A DNA stretch of 35,782 nt from Octopus bimaculoides (Eukaryota), in NCBI RefSeq assembly GCF_001194135.2, contig NC_068987.1:80037461-80073242 (forward strand), read 5' to 3'. Positions 22,386 to 33,900 of this stretch are shown here, piece after piece. The translations under genes were made by a program, and so were the position numbers. Position 1 is the stretch's first letter. Each line of letters starts with the position of its first letter. Under the pieces are notes generated by a model, which was not told the DNA's origin, did no database searches, and worked only from the letters and a program-made list of their open reading frames with translations.

Positions 22386-22630
22386 NNNNNNNNNNNNNNN
22401 NNNNNNNNNNNNNNNNNNNNNNNNNNNNNNNNNNNNNNNNNNNNNNNNNNNNNNNNNNNNNNNNNNNNNNNNNNNNNNNNNNNNNNNNNNNNNNNNNNNN
22501 NNNNNNNNNNNNNNNNNNNNNNNNNNNNNNNNNNNNNNNNNNNNNNNNNNNNNNNNNNNNNNNNNNNNNNNNNNNNNNNNNNNNNNNNNNNNNNNNNNNN
22601 NNNNNNNNNNNNNNNNNNNNNNNNNNNNNN

Positions 22631-22679
<49 letters not shown>

Positions 22680-23038
22680 ACAGATACACACCGTACACAT
22701 TCGTGCTTGCATACATGAATAAGTGTCATATGTTTTCATTGATTTCACCTTTTAGGTAATTGTATCCTATAGTTTGTCCAAATGTAATCTTGTAACCTGA
22801 ATTTACCCAATGCGCCATGACTTAGGAAAGCATAAGTAATTAAGTTTGTATTTCGTGATGAACAGACAATTTTTATCGCCTCTAATATGTGAGCGTTGTT
22901 TCGTCCAACAAATGTCCACTAAGATTAGATTTCAAGGGATTTCAAGTTTTTACTAAATATCAAACAGGATTGTATACAGTTCTGCTCTCATCTACAACGC
23001 AGGTAAGTTATAATTTTCAATATGCTATTAGTAATTAT

Positions 23039-23245
23039 GGTTGCGAGCTGGCAGAGTCGTTAGCACGCTGGACAAAAACGTTTATGGACTATTCTTTCGT
23101 TCTTTGTTCAAAATCCACCGAGGTCGTCTTTGATCTTTATCCTTTTGAGCTGATAAAATAAGTACCAGTTGAGTACTGGGGTCGATGTAATCGACTTGCC
23201 TCCTCCCTGAAATTGCTGGCTTTGTGCCAGAATTTGAAATCAATA
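23039..23245 (+). mobile_element. SINE family A, full length
   Basis: gcgagctggcagagtcgttagcacg...ttcaaaatccaccgaggtcg...ataagtaccagttgagtactggggtcgatgtaatcgact. Confidence 0.88.
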
Positions 23246-23668
23246 TTTCATCAGTAATTCGTTTATGTAGAGGTGCCTTTGGTGGTGATGTGTGGAACTA
23301 ATGATCGCAAGATCGAGGTTTCAAATACGGAAAAGATCGGTACGTTCTATTCTTGACCATAACTCTTCATTTCACGTTGTTATAGTCTACTCAGTTGTAA
23401 GTGAGTAACTCTGCAAGTGACTGACCGTCCCATCCAGGAGAATGCTGTGATATCGGTCATTTATGCACCGTGGGAATCGGGAAGTTGGCCCAATAATTCC
23501 TAGGTCTCGGGACAGTAAAAATGTTGCTGGTGATATCGTATAGGCCATGACAGGAGCGGAAGTATTTGCATAGTGGCTCCCAGAATAAAGGAAGACATAG
23601 AATTCAATACATCTGTGTACTAACAGAACACTTGATTTCTCTCACTCCCGAAATAATAAGCACCCAAC

Positions 23669-24021
23669 AGAAAATGAAGATCTTGAAGTTGATAAGAGTT
23701 TATTATCAGCAAAATATCGAACATTATCGCTTACAGCTCAGTGAAGTTAAATAAGTATTAAAATCATGTTTATGAGCTAAATCACTTCAGAGGTAGAAAA
23801 TATATACACTTAGATATTTTGTGTTTGCCGTGATGATTCAAAAAACTAGCTCACAAAATATCTAAGTGTATATCCTTTTCTCCCTCTGAAGAGATTAAGT
23901 TCAGAAACATGATTTTAATACTTATTTAACTTCACTAAGCTTAACTGAAACAGCTGTAAGGGAAAATGATCGATTTTTTGTTGATACTAAACACTTATTA
24001 ACTTCAATATCTCCATTTTCT
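23669..24021. mobile_element. 353-bp foldback element (arms ~155-170 bp, 28-nt spacer)
   Basis: The arms include a perfect 32-bp match (23740-23771) and a perfect 22-bp match next to the spacer (23824-23851); 14-nt indel between arms. Confidence 0.9.
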
Positions 24022-24026
24022 TATTC

Positions 24027-24142
<116 letters not shown>

Positions 24143-24525
24143 ACAGAAAAAGGCACAAGGAAGTGTGACACGCAGCCAAAGCCAGGGTCAGTGGTGAGGT
24201 CCTCAATCCACTCCGGTGTCAGTATAATAAGGTACGAGGCCCCATACTCGGGATAAGCTAGATTGTAGAGTACGAACCAAGTCATAGAAAGATATAATAA
24301 ACAGAAGACGTTTGATATTCAAAGATTTATAGGACATTCGCTCTTCTCAGCAAAATATCGAGATAATTACAAAACAAATAGATATTATGCAATCATGCAT
24401 TTTATCTCGTCAGTGTCCCGCTATATTTCGGCATTTTGTAGAAGCGAGAGTACATCTTATAAAGCTTTGAATACCACACCTGTTTTCTGCTCATTATTTG
24501 TTTACACACACACACACACACATTC

Positions 24526-24577
<52 letters not shown>

Positions 24578-25591
24578 GTACGCACACACACATATATATG
24601 TATGTCTGTGTTTGAGTGCGTGTGTGTGTATTTATAACTCAACTTCATCGAATTAGTTTATAAAAGGCGCCAACAACATTTTTTATTAGTCAATTTAATA
24701 TCATTGCCACTTTTCTGTTATATTCTTAATCATGTTAAGTCAATTTTTATATATTTCTTCAGCATCTACAAATTTAGATAAATTTGATACTTAAGTCATT
24801 ATATGTTTTCACCAATAAATATTCATAAGTTTCTAAAAGAAATTTGTCATATAATGAGAATAATGCAGTCATTTGTCTATTGGCAAGAATTCAAGTCTCT
24901 TGATGTTTATATCAAATATTGTTTCTACATTTAACAAACTATAATATATCTTGTTAATTTGACAGAATTTCTAAAATTTTCAGAAAATATGAGCCAGTCA
25001 AATGAGGTGAATGAAATATTTCTGGGCACAAATTATCTATCATTAAAACCTAAATCGACAAATGGGTTTATCAATAAAAGGTAAGAAAACACACATTTGG
25101 CTTCCACTCAATTTATCTTGTCAAAACCAACATATCTATAAATCTACAATACAATTAGGTAGCTTATATATGTTTTCTTGAAAAGCTGGAAATGACAGGC
25201 AATTTACCTCAAATAACAGCGCAACATTTTAGAATATGTGTAGGCACATTCGAAAAAACAGCTTAGATACATTTTATCTGAAAATAAGATAGTATGTTCA
25301 CAGTTGGAGCATCTTTGACTATAAATCTGCTTCATCAGGGCTGACCTAGAGGGATAAATAAAAACAAGTAAAATAAGACAACAGAATAGATGATACTTAG
25401 TTCTAAACAGACTGGAGTCGGTGGCGTATATTTTTTAAATAGCTGAGAGGATAAGTTAATGAAATACAAAAGTTCGTAAGCATGAATGTCGAATTAATTG
25501 CACGCATTTTTGTTGTGTTTCGGCAATACTCTTCCTTCTAAATGTCTTATTTCATTTAGTTACGTGGACCAGATTCCTAGTCTACATGCAA

Positions 25592-26432
25592 GGCGGCGAG
25601 AGGCAGAAATGTTAGCACGCCGGGCAAAATTCTGAGTGGTATTTCGTCTGCCGCTACGTTCTGAGTTCAAACTCCACCGAGGTCGACTTTGCCTTTCATC
25701 CTTTCGGGGTTTATTAAACACTTACCAGTTACGCATTGGGGTCGATATAATCGACTTAATCCATTTGTCTGTCCTTGTTTGTCTCCTCTGTGTTTAGCAC
25801 CTTGTGGGCAGTAAAGAAATAAGAAACGTTGAGCACGCCGGGCGAAATACTTAACGGTATTTCGTCTATCTTTACGTTCTGAGTTCAAGTTCCGCTGAGG
25901 TCGACTTTGTCTTTCATCCTTTCAGGGTCAATAAACTAAATACCAGTTGTGTACTGGGGGTCAATCTAATCGACTGACCCCTCCCCAAAATTTCGGGCCT
26001 TTTCCCTAGAGTAGAAAAGAATATCGTATGCAATAACAAGGCAGAGAACTGGCAGAGACGTTAGCACGACGGGCGAAATGCTTAGCGGTATTTCGTTTGT
26101 GATTACGTTCTGAGTTCAAATTCCATCGAGGTTGACTTTGCCTTTCATCCTTTCGGGGTCGATAAATTAAGTATCAGTTGCGTACTGGGATTGATCTAAT
26201 CGAATGGCCCTTCCCAAAAGATTTCGAGCCTTGTGCCTAGAGTGGAAAAGAATATCATATGCAAGTTGCTTGGTGGCGTTTCTTCTTGTTTTAGTTAATT
26301 AATTCAAATGCCGTCGCAGTTGACTTTGCCTTCCATCCTTTCATGGTCAATAAAATAAACTACCTGTCATGTACTCGGGTCGATGTAATGGACGTTCACA
26401 CCATCACCACACCGCAAAATTGTTGACCTTGT
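25592..26432 (+). mobile_element. Four tandem SINE family A copies (25592-25826 with variant tail, 25826-26021, 26040-26250, ~26295-26432)
   Basis: Repeated gttagcacg.cgggcgaaat...gttctgagttcaa...gtcgactttgcctttcatcctttcgggg modules. Confidence 0.9.
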
Positions 26433-26612
26433 AAAAAATCAGGAAGATACATTATATGCGATATTCTGGAATTTTACTAACCGGAGACTTTTCTTTTTCT
26501 TAGAATAGCGTTGTACCAAAATCAGGCAACGGCTCTGAGAAGCATTAAAGTATTATTGAAATATGAAGAGAATACAGATACTTCGTGTAATATGTATGTA
26601 TATATGTATATA

Positions 26613-26651
<39 letters not shown>

Positions 26652-26989
26652 TGAATCATTATTTCTAATTTATCATGAAATAAAACTGGTAGAAGTGGTT
26701 TAAGTCATAGAGGCGAAATCTTTACTTCAAATTTTGGCATGCTAACGATTCTGCCAGCTCGCCTCCTTAAAGAGATAAAATATTAAAATAACAGAACAGT
26801 AATATCTTCTACTGAAGTTCCGAGAACACCACTGGAAAATACGAAGACTAAAATAAGTAGCACATATGCTAGGACACAACAACCTCCTAAGCAGACCGAG
26901 TGCAGATATGAGCAGCATATGGGAACCGGTATTAAGGAAGGATACGAAAATATTAGATCTATAAGCCCTAAAAATTCATTCCATAATTG

Positions 26990-27240
26990 CTCACGGGCTT
27001 ATGGCGTAGTGGTTAAGAGCGCAGGCTACTAACCCCAAGATTCCGAGTTCGATTCCAGGCAATGACCTTAATAATGATAACAACAACAACAACATCGAAA
27101 AATACCTTAGGAATGAGAACCCAAGTGCGAAATTTCCTCCAAGACACCTGATGAAGGCTGGAGGCTATATTAGCCGAAACGTTGTGTTAACAACAAACAA
27201 GATGAGGACAAATATCCGTCAAATGTAAATAATGTAAATA
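26990..27240 (+). mobile_element. tRNA-headed SINE-like element with a hammerhead-containing tail
   Basis: A box tggcgtagtgg (27002-27012), B box gagttcgattcc (27045-27056), (TAA/CAA)n linker, hammerhead at 27143-27188, aatgtaaat repeats at the 3' end. Confidence 0.75.
27143..27188 (+). ncRNA. Minimal type I hammerhead ribozyme
   Basis: Stem I GACAC/GUGUU; CUGAUGA at 27148-27154 plus extra A; stem II GGCUG/UAGCC; GAAA at 27176-27179; palindrome AACGUU at 27178-27183; GUU triplet. Confidence 0.8.
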
Positions 27241-27291
27241 ACATAACGTTGGATGTTTTCATAAGTTAGAGCAGCAGATTACAGAGAAAAT

Positions 27292-27580
27292 TTACGACGA
27301 TGAGGGTTCCAGTTGATCCTATTAACGGTACAGCCTTCTCGTGAAATAAAGGGGCAAGTGGCTGAGCACTCCACAGAAACGCGTACCCTTAACGTAGGAA
27401 GTTTCAACGTGACACAGAATGTAACTAGGTTGGTCCTTTGAAATACAGGTAGCACGGATTTTTGCCAGCTGAGTGGACTGCGGCAACGTAAAATAAAATG
27501 TCTTGCCCAGGGACACTACGTGCTGCCGGGAATCGAACTCAACCATACGATTGTGAGCCGAATACCCTACCCACTAAGCC
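27292..27580 (-). mobile_element. SINE family E copy
   Basis: Colinear with 14545-14831. Confidence 0.8.
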
Positions 27581-28321
27581 TTCTCTTAGCGAGTATAGGG
27601 TTAAGATAGAAAAAGTGTGGGGTGTTTAGGGAGGGTTAAGGCAGAGTTAAACAGTGAAGAGTAAGAGTTTTTCGTGCGTAGGATTAAGACAGAGAATATA
27701 TATTTTTAGGTTAATGGAAGGAGCGGGATCTTTTGGTTTGTGAAATAGAGAGGAGCTTTAGAAATTCATTGTTGTTTTTTATGTTGTTTTTGTTCTTTGG
27801 CGCCAAGTTAATACATGTCTGAGAAAACAAAGCAAGCCCTTCTAAGCAGGAGTCTTTTTTCTAACAAAATTAAAAAAATGGTTATATAAACTNNNNNNNN
27901 NNNNNNNNNNNNNNNNNNNNNNNNNNNNNNNNNNNNNNNNNNNNNNNNNNNNNNNNNNNNNNNNNNNNNNNNNNNNNNNNNNNNNNNNNNNNNNNNNNNN
28001 NNNNNNNNNNNNNNNNNNNNNNNNNNNNNNNNNNNNNNNNNNNNNNNNNNNNNNNNNNNNNNNNNNNNNNNNNNNNNNNNNNNNNNNNNNNNNNNNNNNN
28101 NNNNNNNNNNNNNNNNNNNNNNNNNNNNNNNNNNNNNNNNNNNNNNNNNNNNNNNNNNNNNNNNNNNNNNNNNNNNNNNNNNNNNNNNNNACACACACAC
28201 ACACACATACATACACATATATATATATGGGGAGAATTCACAAACAAAAAACAAAAGACGAAGACAGGTGGTGTAGAAAACAAACAAATGTATTAGTATA
28301 ATGCTCGGGAAGTGAAAAAGT

Positions 28322-28357
28322 CTTTAACGTTTCGAGCCTAAGCTCTTCCACAGAAAG
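28322..28357 (-). ncRNA. Minimal type I hammerhead-like motif with CUGUGGA core, inside a ~250-bp non-coding repeat (~28230-28490)
   Basis: Reverse complement CUUU-CUGUGGA-A-GAGC-uuag-GCUC-GAAA-CGUU-AAAG: stem I 4 bp, stem II 4 bp, AACGUU palindrome. Confidence 0.65.
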
Positions 28358-28492
28358 GAACACAGAAAGAAACAAGGAGAGAAACAAGAAGAGAAAAAAT
28401 ATATATATATATATACCAGAGTAAGGACATAAATGTGAAGCAAGGTGAGAAAAAATAGTACTCGAATACCGGAGGTAGAGTAATATGCTTTA

Positions 28493-29660
28493 TTAGTTGG
28501 TTGTTCCGAAAATAATGGTCGCTCTAAGTGTTGTGCTTTGAAACGCAATTTTATCATTAATTATATTTTAGGTAAATTTCGATATACTTAATTATTGATA
28601 TATGCTTTTTAATAATTTTCTACTTATTTCAAACAGAGCACATTCTTGAAGCATAGGGGCCCTTAATTATGAACATGACAAAAAAGGACCGGTTACTTTT
28701 CTTGCATGAGTTCAAGCTTGTGAACAATGCCTCTGAAACTGCTGCCAATATCAACAAAGCATGGGGAGAGAAGTCCACAAGTGATCGCAGAGTACGAAGG
28801 TGGTTTCAGAAATTCCGTAGTGGGGATGATAACCTTGAAGATCAAGAAGGTAGAGGATGGTCATGCAGTCTTGATATTGAACAATTGAAAGCAATTGTTG
28901 AACAAAACCCACGTCAGAGTGTCAGAGAAATGTCTCAGATACTTGGTGTCGGTATTACAACGGCCTCACGCAATCTGTAGAAGATTGGTAAAATGAAAAA
29001 GCTCTATAAATGGGTACCGTATGCACTCAATGAAAATCAAAAAGTTCGGCGTTTTGAAGTGTGCTCGATGCTCTTTCTGCTCTTTTGTTAACCGAATTGT
29101 CACTTGTGACGAAAAGTGGATCCTTTAAGATAACCGTAAACGATCAGGTCAATGGTTTGATCGTGATGAGTTCCCCAAACATTTCCCAAAGTCAAATTTG
29201 CATCAGCAAAAGATTATGGTGACTGTCTGGTGGGCTGCAATTAGTGTTGTCCATCACAGCTTTCTGAAAGCCAATCAGAGCATTACAACAGAGGTTTGCT
29301 GCAATCAACTCGCTGAAATGCATGCTCACTTGTAAAAAATAGGACCTGCATTGGCGAATCGGCGTGGCCCAATTCTGCTCAACGATAATACAAAGCCACA
29401 TGTTGCAAGAATGACACTGCAGAAACTCACAGACTTAGAATACGAGACTTTACCACATCCTCCATGTTCTCCTGATCTTTCACCCACTAACTACCATTGT
29501 ATTAAGCATTTAAACGCGTTTTCAGGTTCACACAGCATTCAAAGATTTCTTAGCATCAAAGCCAATAAGTTTTTATCACCGAGGCATAAATAATCCCGTT
29601 GATCGATGGCAGAGATGCATAGATGTTCACGGCTCATAACTTTGACTAATCAGAATATTT
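28493..29660 (+). mobile_element. Mariner (DD34D, Hsmar1/SETMAR-like) transposon pseudogene
   Basis: TA+ttagttggttgttccgaaaataat left end; HTH region at 28669-28980; WVPY, IVTCDEKW, KIMVTVWW, LLNDNTKPH, HPPCSPDLSPTNYH and RWQRCI motifs with stops and frameshifts. The right TIR is replaced by a SINE. Confidence 0.92.
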
Positions 29661-29668
29661 CTGTTAGT

Positions 29669-30068
29669 CTTTTACTCTTTTACTTGTTTCAGTCATTTGA
29701 CTGCGGCCATGCTAGAGCAACGCCTTTAGTCGAGCAAATCGACCCCCAGGACTTATTCTTTGTAAACCTAGTACTTATTCTATCGGTCTCTTTTGCCGAA
29801 CCACTAAGTTACGGGGACGTAACACACGAGCATCGGTTGTCAAGTGATGTTGGGGGGACAAACACAGACACAAACATATACACACGCATACATGTATATA
29901 TATGCATATATACGACGGTCTTCTTTCAGTTCCTGTCTACCAAATCCACTTACAAGGCTTTGGTCGGCCCGTGGCTATAGTAGAAGACACTTGCCCAAGG
30001 TGCCACGCAGTGAGAATGAACCTGGAACCATGTGGTTGGTAAACAAGCTACTTACCACACAGCCACTC
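29669..30068 (-). mobile_element. SINE family B, full length
   Basis: Colinear with 1172-1540 and includes the segment deleted there. Confidence 0.92.
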
Positions 30069-30309
30069 CATTACTTACACACACACACACACACACCCAC
30101 ATACATGTAAAACATTGATATAAGTAGCTAAGCGCAATATAAAACCAGAAAGGAAAATTTAACCGTCACTAATTGTGACTGAGGATGTTGAATAGCATCT
30201 ATATTGCAAGAAATAGGACTGGAAACCCCTTAAGGCTGCATGAAGCACAAAATATATATGTGCACTGACAAGTGAGATAACTACCTCTTTGTGACTGGAG
30301 GTTTTTGTG

Positions 30310-30510
30310 TCTGTGTTTGGCGTCACATTACTTGACAACCAGTGCTGGTGTGTTTTCGTCCCTGTAACTTATCGGTTTGGCAGATGGGACCGATATAATA
30401 AGTACCAGACTTAAAAGTAACAAGTTGAGTCGATCTGTTCGACTAAATCTTTTAATGGAGAGCCCCAGCATGGATGCATTCCAATGACTGAAACAAGTAA
30501 AAGATGAAAG
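30310..30510 (+). mobile_element. SINE family B 3' half, diverged
   Basis: cttgacaaccagtgctggtgtg...gaccgatataataagtacc...ccagcatgg...aatgactgaaacaagtaaaag. Confidence 0.75.
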
Positions 30511-30608
30511 ACATACATAAAGTTTCATAGTAATGTATAAAATCCGCCATGCTTGACCACTAAATCTACAAGATTTTTTATTCTCTCACTGCTTATTTTC
30601 TCTTATTC

Positions 30609-30644
30609 CGTTCTGTTGAAGAGCATAGGCTCGAAATGTAAAAG
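30609..30644 (+). ncRNA. Hammerhead-like motif, CUGUUGA family
   Basis: CTGTTGA-A-GAGC-atag-GCTC-GAAA-TGTA-aaag; the ~80 nt downstream resemble the repeat around 28230-28320. Confidence 0.55.
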
Positions 30645-30966
30645 ACATTCATTACCCCGAGCGTCAAACTAATACACCTGCGTCTTGTTCATACACATGT
30701 CTCTGTCTTTTGTCTTTCCATAAATTTCAACTATAAAATGGCTACCAATATTTCTGTATCATTATTTTTAATATACAGTGTCTCATCTACGACAAAAAAG
30801 ATTAAGATAACAGAATAATTGCTAAGTGTATCAATGTTCTGGGTTAAAATGTTATTTAAGACAACTTATGTTTCCGTTTAAAACATGTAGTATAAAAATA
30901 CTGACCCTATCCAATTGTTATATAAACTACTTCAAAATCATAATTGTGTTTAATTTTCTTTTGCAG

Positions 30967-31124
30967 GTCATGGCGAAATTATAGCGAGAAGTTACGCCGA
31001 GATAAACTAAATTGTTATTTTGAGGAACTTGCTAAATGTGTCCCTCTTGTAGCGAATTCTCCACAACGCCTGAACAAGACTTGTATATTGCGACTATCGT
31101 TAAGCTATTTAAAATTTCTTCTTG
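30967..31124 (+). CDS. bHLH exon of a bHLH-PAS transcription factor, Methoprene-tolerant-like
   Basis: ttttcttttgcag| acceptor and G|gtacgt donor; encodes (R)SWRNYSEKLRRDKLNCYFEELAKCVPLVANSPQRLNKTCILRLSLSYLKFLL; phase 2 in, phase 1 out. Confidence 0.9.
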
Positions 31125-31397
31125 GTACGTATTTGGTTTCGTTTAGAATTTTATTATTTCTAAATGACAAAAAAACATTTGACATAAAAACAAAATTGAG
31201 CGATCTTTTAGTAGTAAAAGTTACCAAAGATTGTTAGGATATATCTTTTTTAGAAACTGATAGAGACGTGCAAACATTCAATGAAATCCTTTGCATGTTT
31301 GTTAGTTTCTCGCTACGTTCAGAATAAGTGGATGAAAGGCAACATCAAGTTCAAATTCAGCCGAGGTCTGCCAGCTCACGGTCTTGATGATGATAAT

Positions 31398-31398
31398 C

Positions 31399-31450
<52 letters not shown>

Positions 31451-31490
31451 CAAATTATAATAATAATAATGATAATAATAATAATAATAA
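31398..31490. repeat. (TAA)n microsatellite
   Basis: Read directly. Confidence 0.95.
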
Positions 31491-31627
31491 AATGGTTGCA
31501 ATACCAGTGATTGTAGGAGCACTTGGAATGATCAAAAACTGCTGGCAAATGGTATACGCACCACCCTGAGGCTGTAACTGAAGAAGAAAATGTAACGATT
31601 CTTTGGAACTTTCCAGTATGTACTAGT
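31489..31627 (+). mobile_element. Rearranged R4/Dong-like LINE endonuclease-region fragments
   Basis: KMVAIPVIVGALGMIK, then in another frame GKWYTHHPEAVTEEENVTILWNFPVCT. Confidence 0.75.
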
Positions 31628-31743
31628 CTGTTGATGTCTGAACCAGCATGGGGAAACTGATGACCTCCCCTGTTCGAAGGTTGTAATGGACACAGGTTTA
31701 TGTCATCAGTTCGCTATGCTGGTTCAGACACCCACAGACTAGT
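31622..31743. other. 122-nt intronic hairpin (42-43-nt arms)
   Basis: actagtctgttgatgtctgaaccagcatggggaaactgatgac (31622-31664) pairs with 31702-31743 with 4 mismatches and 1 bulge. Confidence 0.85.
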
Positions 31744-32076
31744 TTCAGGGTATTTGCCCTTTACCAATGTGGAGTAGTCTAACCCAGCAGGTTACTTAAT
31801 TGTAATATGCTTAATGTGTGACAGGTTCTGGTACACAAAGGTTTATAAAAAGACTGAAAATAAACCATTGGACAACTTCTCTTTCTATCGAAAGTGTTGA
31901 CCCGATCTACTAGAATTCCAATCCACTTAAAATTCTTTTCTAAGGCACAAATTTGTCATTGTTTTTTACTCACTGATCAAACGTATTCGTGCTGCACATA
32001 ATACTCCAACTGTTTTCCAACAAAAGTTTTTAGCGCTTCCTTAAAATCTCCTCTCCTTCCCACCACGTAGGTTTAA

Positions 32077-32195
32077 GGCCGCGAATTGGTAGACTTTTCG
32101 GAGCCGTTTAATAATGTAACCAACCTAGTACTGAGTTGGGAAGAGTCGATGCCACTTTCCATCAAAATTACTGGCCTTGTGCTAGAATTAGAAAG
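32077..32195 (+). mobile_element. Highly diverged SINE family A-like remnant
   Basis: gactttt...taatgtaaccaacctagtactgagttggg..gagtcgat...aaaattactggccttgtgctagaattagaaag. Confidence 0.5.
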
Positions 32196-32255
32196 AATTA
32201 TTACTTTAAAATAAATGCGAAAGAGATGAAACATTGATCTGCAATTGGATTATGA

Positions 32256-32365
<110 letters not shown>

Positions 32366-33169
32366 AATACTACGAAATAAACATGAGATAGGTTTGATTA
32401 CCTCCACGAGCAAAGAATAATGAATGGATTAATCATAGAATGAATGTAAATACAAAAATATCAGCAATAACTTTAAAAAATAGCATATAATAGCATATGC
32501 CTTTTCTCAAGATAGAACTGAAAGACAGATAACAGGAAAGAAAAGAAAATATCCGTGTGCAGTTATCAGCGAGTTATTATAAAAGTGGAAATAGGAAGAG
32601 AGTAAGTATGTGATTTCTGAGGTGGTGCGATTAGAACCAATCGCGCGTGCGCAAAAAAGAAAAAAAATGAACGAAAAGTAAGCAGGCAGCATCGGTGCAC
32701 TTGTTGGCCAATGTGTGAATACAGTCTATGATAATGCACATACCGACATTCTAGACTGCATCCAAAATAAAATGCTTTCTCACTAATCGGTAACACTTAA
32801 TAAAATGGTCTGACATTTGACCAACATGAGGGCTGTCCGCCAACTCGTGTCTCGTCTACCGGCACCACACTGACCCTCTTCTCCTTGGGTGGGACTTTGC
32901 CACTCGACTCACTCGTTCTTCTCCTCTACTCATTTACTTTGCTTCCCCGCTACACACTAACCAATATAACCAGATCTTTCTTCTCAGTTTACTTCCCCTC
33001 TAGAATTCTTTCCCTGCCTAGGTTTTTTTTTCTTCTGCTGTCACCAAATTACAGTTGTTCAAAGAGAATAATAGTTACATAGATTAATATCTGGTCTCGG
33101 GTAGCATGTAAATGTCAGAGAGTGCAGCCGTTTCCAAATTATCTTTTATTGTTTATTGTTAAAGTAATT

Positions 33170-33722
33170 GAGCTGCGGCTATGCTGGGGTGCCTCCTTGA
33201 AGAGTTTAGTTGAACAAATCCACCACAATGCATATTTTTAAAATCTGGTTCTTATTCAATCATTCTATTCTTTTTTCCAGAACCTCTAAGTTACAGGGAC
33301 CAAAACGAACTAACACCGGTTGCCCAGCTGTGGTAGGGACAAACACAGATACACAAACATATACACACCCATATATATATACGACGGGATTCTTTCAGTT
33401 TCCGTCTCCCAAATCCACTCACAAGGGTTTGGTCGGCCTGCGGCTACAGTAGAAGACACTTGCCCAAAGTGTCACGAAATAGTACTGAACCAGGAACAAT
33501 GTGGTTGGTAAGCAATCTACTTATCACACAGCCACTCTTGCGCCTATACATACCAAGGGCTTCCACAAGTTTTCTATTCAACCATATTCACTCATAATGC
33601 ATTGGTGGGCCCGGGGCTATAATAAAAAAAAACACTTGCCCAAGATGCCGTGCAATGGGATTAAAACTGAAACAACGTGGTTGCCAAACGGATTTCTTAA
33701 CTACACAACTAGCGCCTATGCT
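33170..33722 (-). mobile_element. SINE family B copy (33170-33547) plus an adjacent degenerate 5' half (33565-33722)
   Basis: Colinear with 29669-30068. Confidence 0.82.
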
Positions 33723-33900
33723 TAAAACCAATGCACTAAAGAAAAACGATAATAATAATTTAGTCTCAGTAACAAGAATGATAATTTATCTGATTTTGAA
33801 AATAACAGATTAACGATGAATGATACAAAATCTCAGTTACTATAATAAATTTTGCGTAAATTCTTTTCTGTTTTTTGTCTTTTTTTCTCTTTTTATATAG

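Noticed and set aside
25290-25350. Minus-strand CUGAUGAAG
   Set aside because: No GAAA. The context instead resembles the unassigned degenerate repeat at ~15735-15795.
27000-27065. Functional tRNA gene
   Set aside because: A and B boxes are present, but no convincing acceptor or anticodon stems. The same applies to the other SINE heads, so they are called SINEs.
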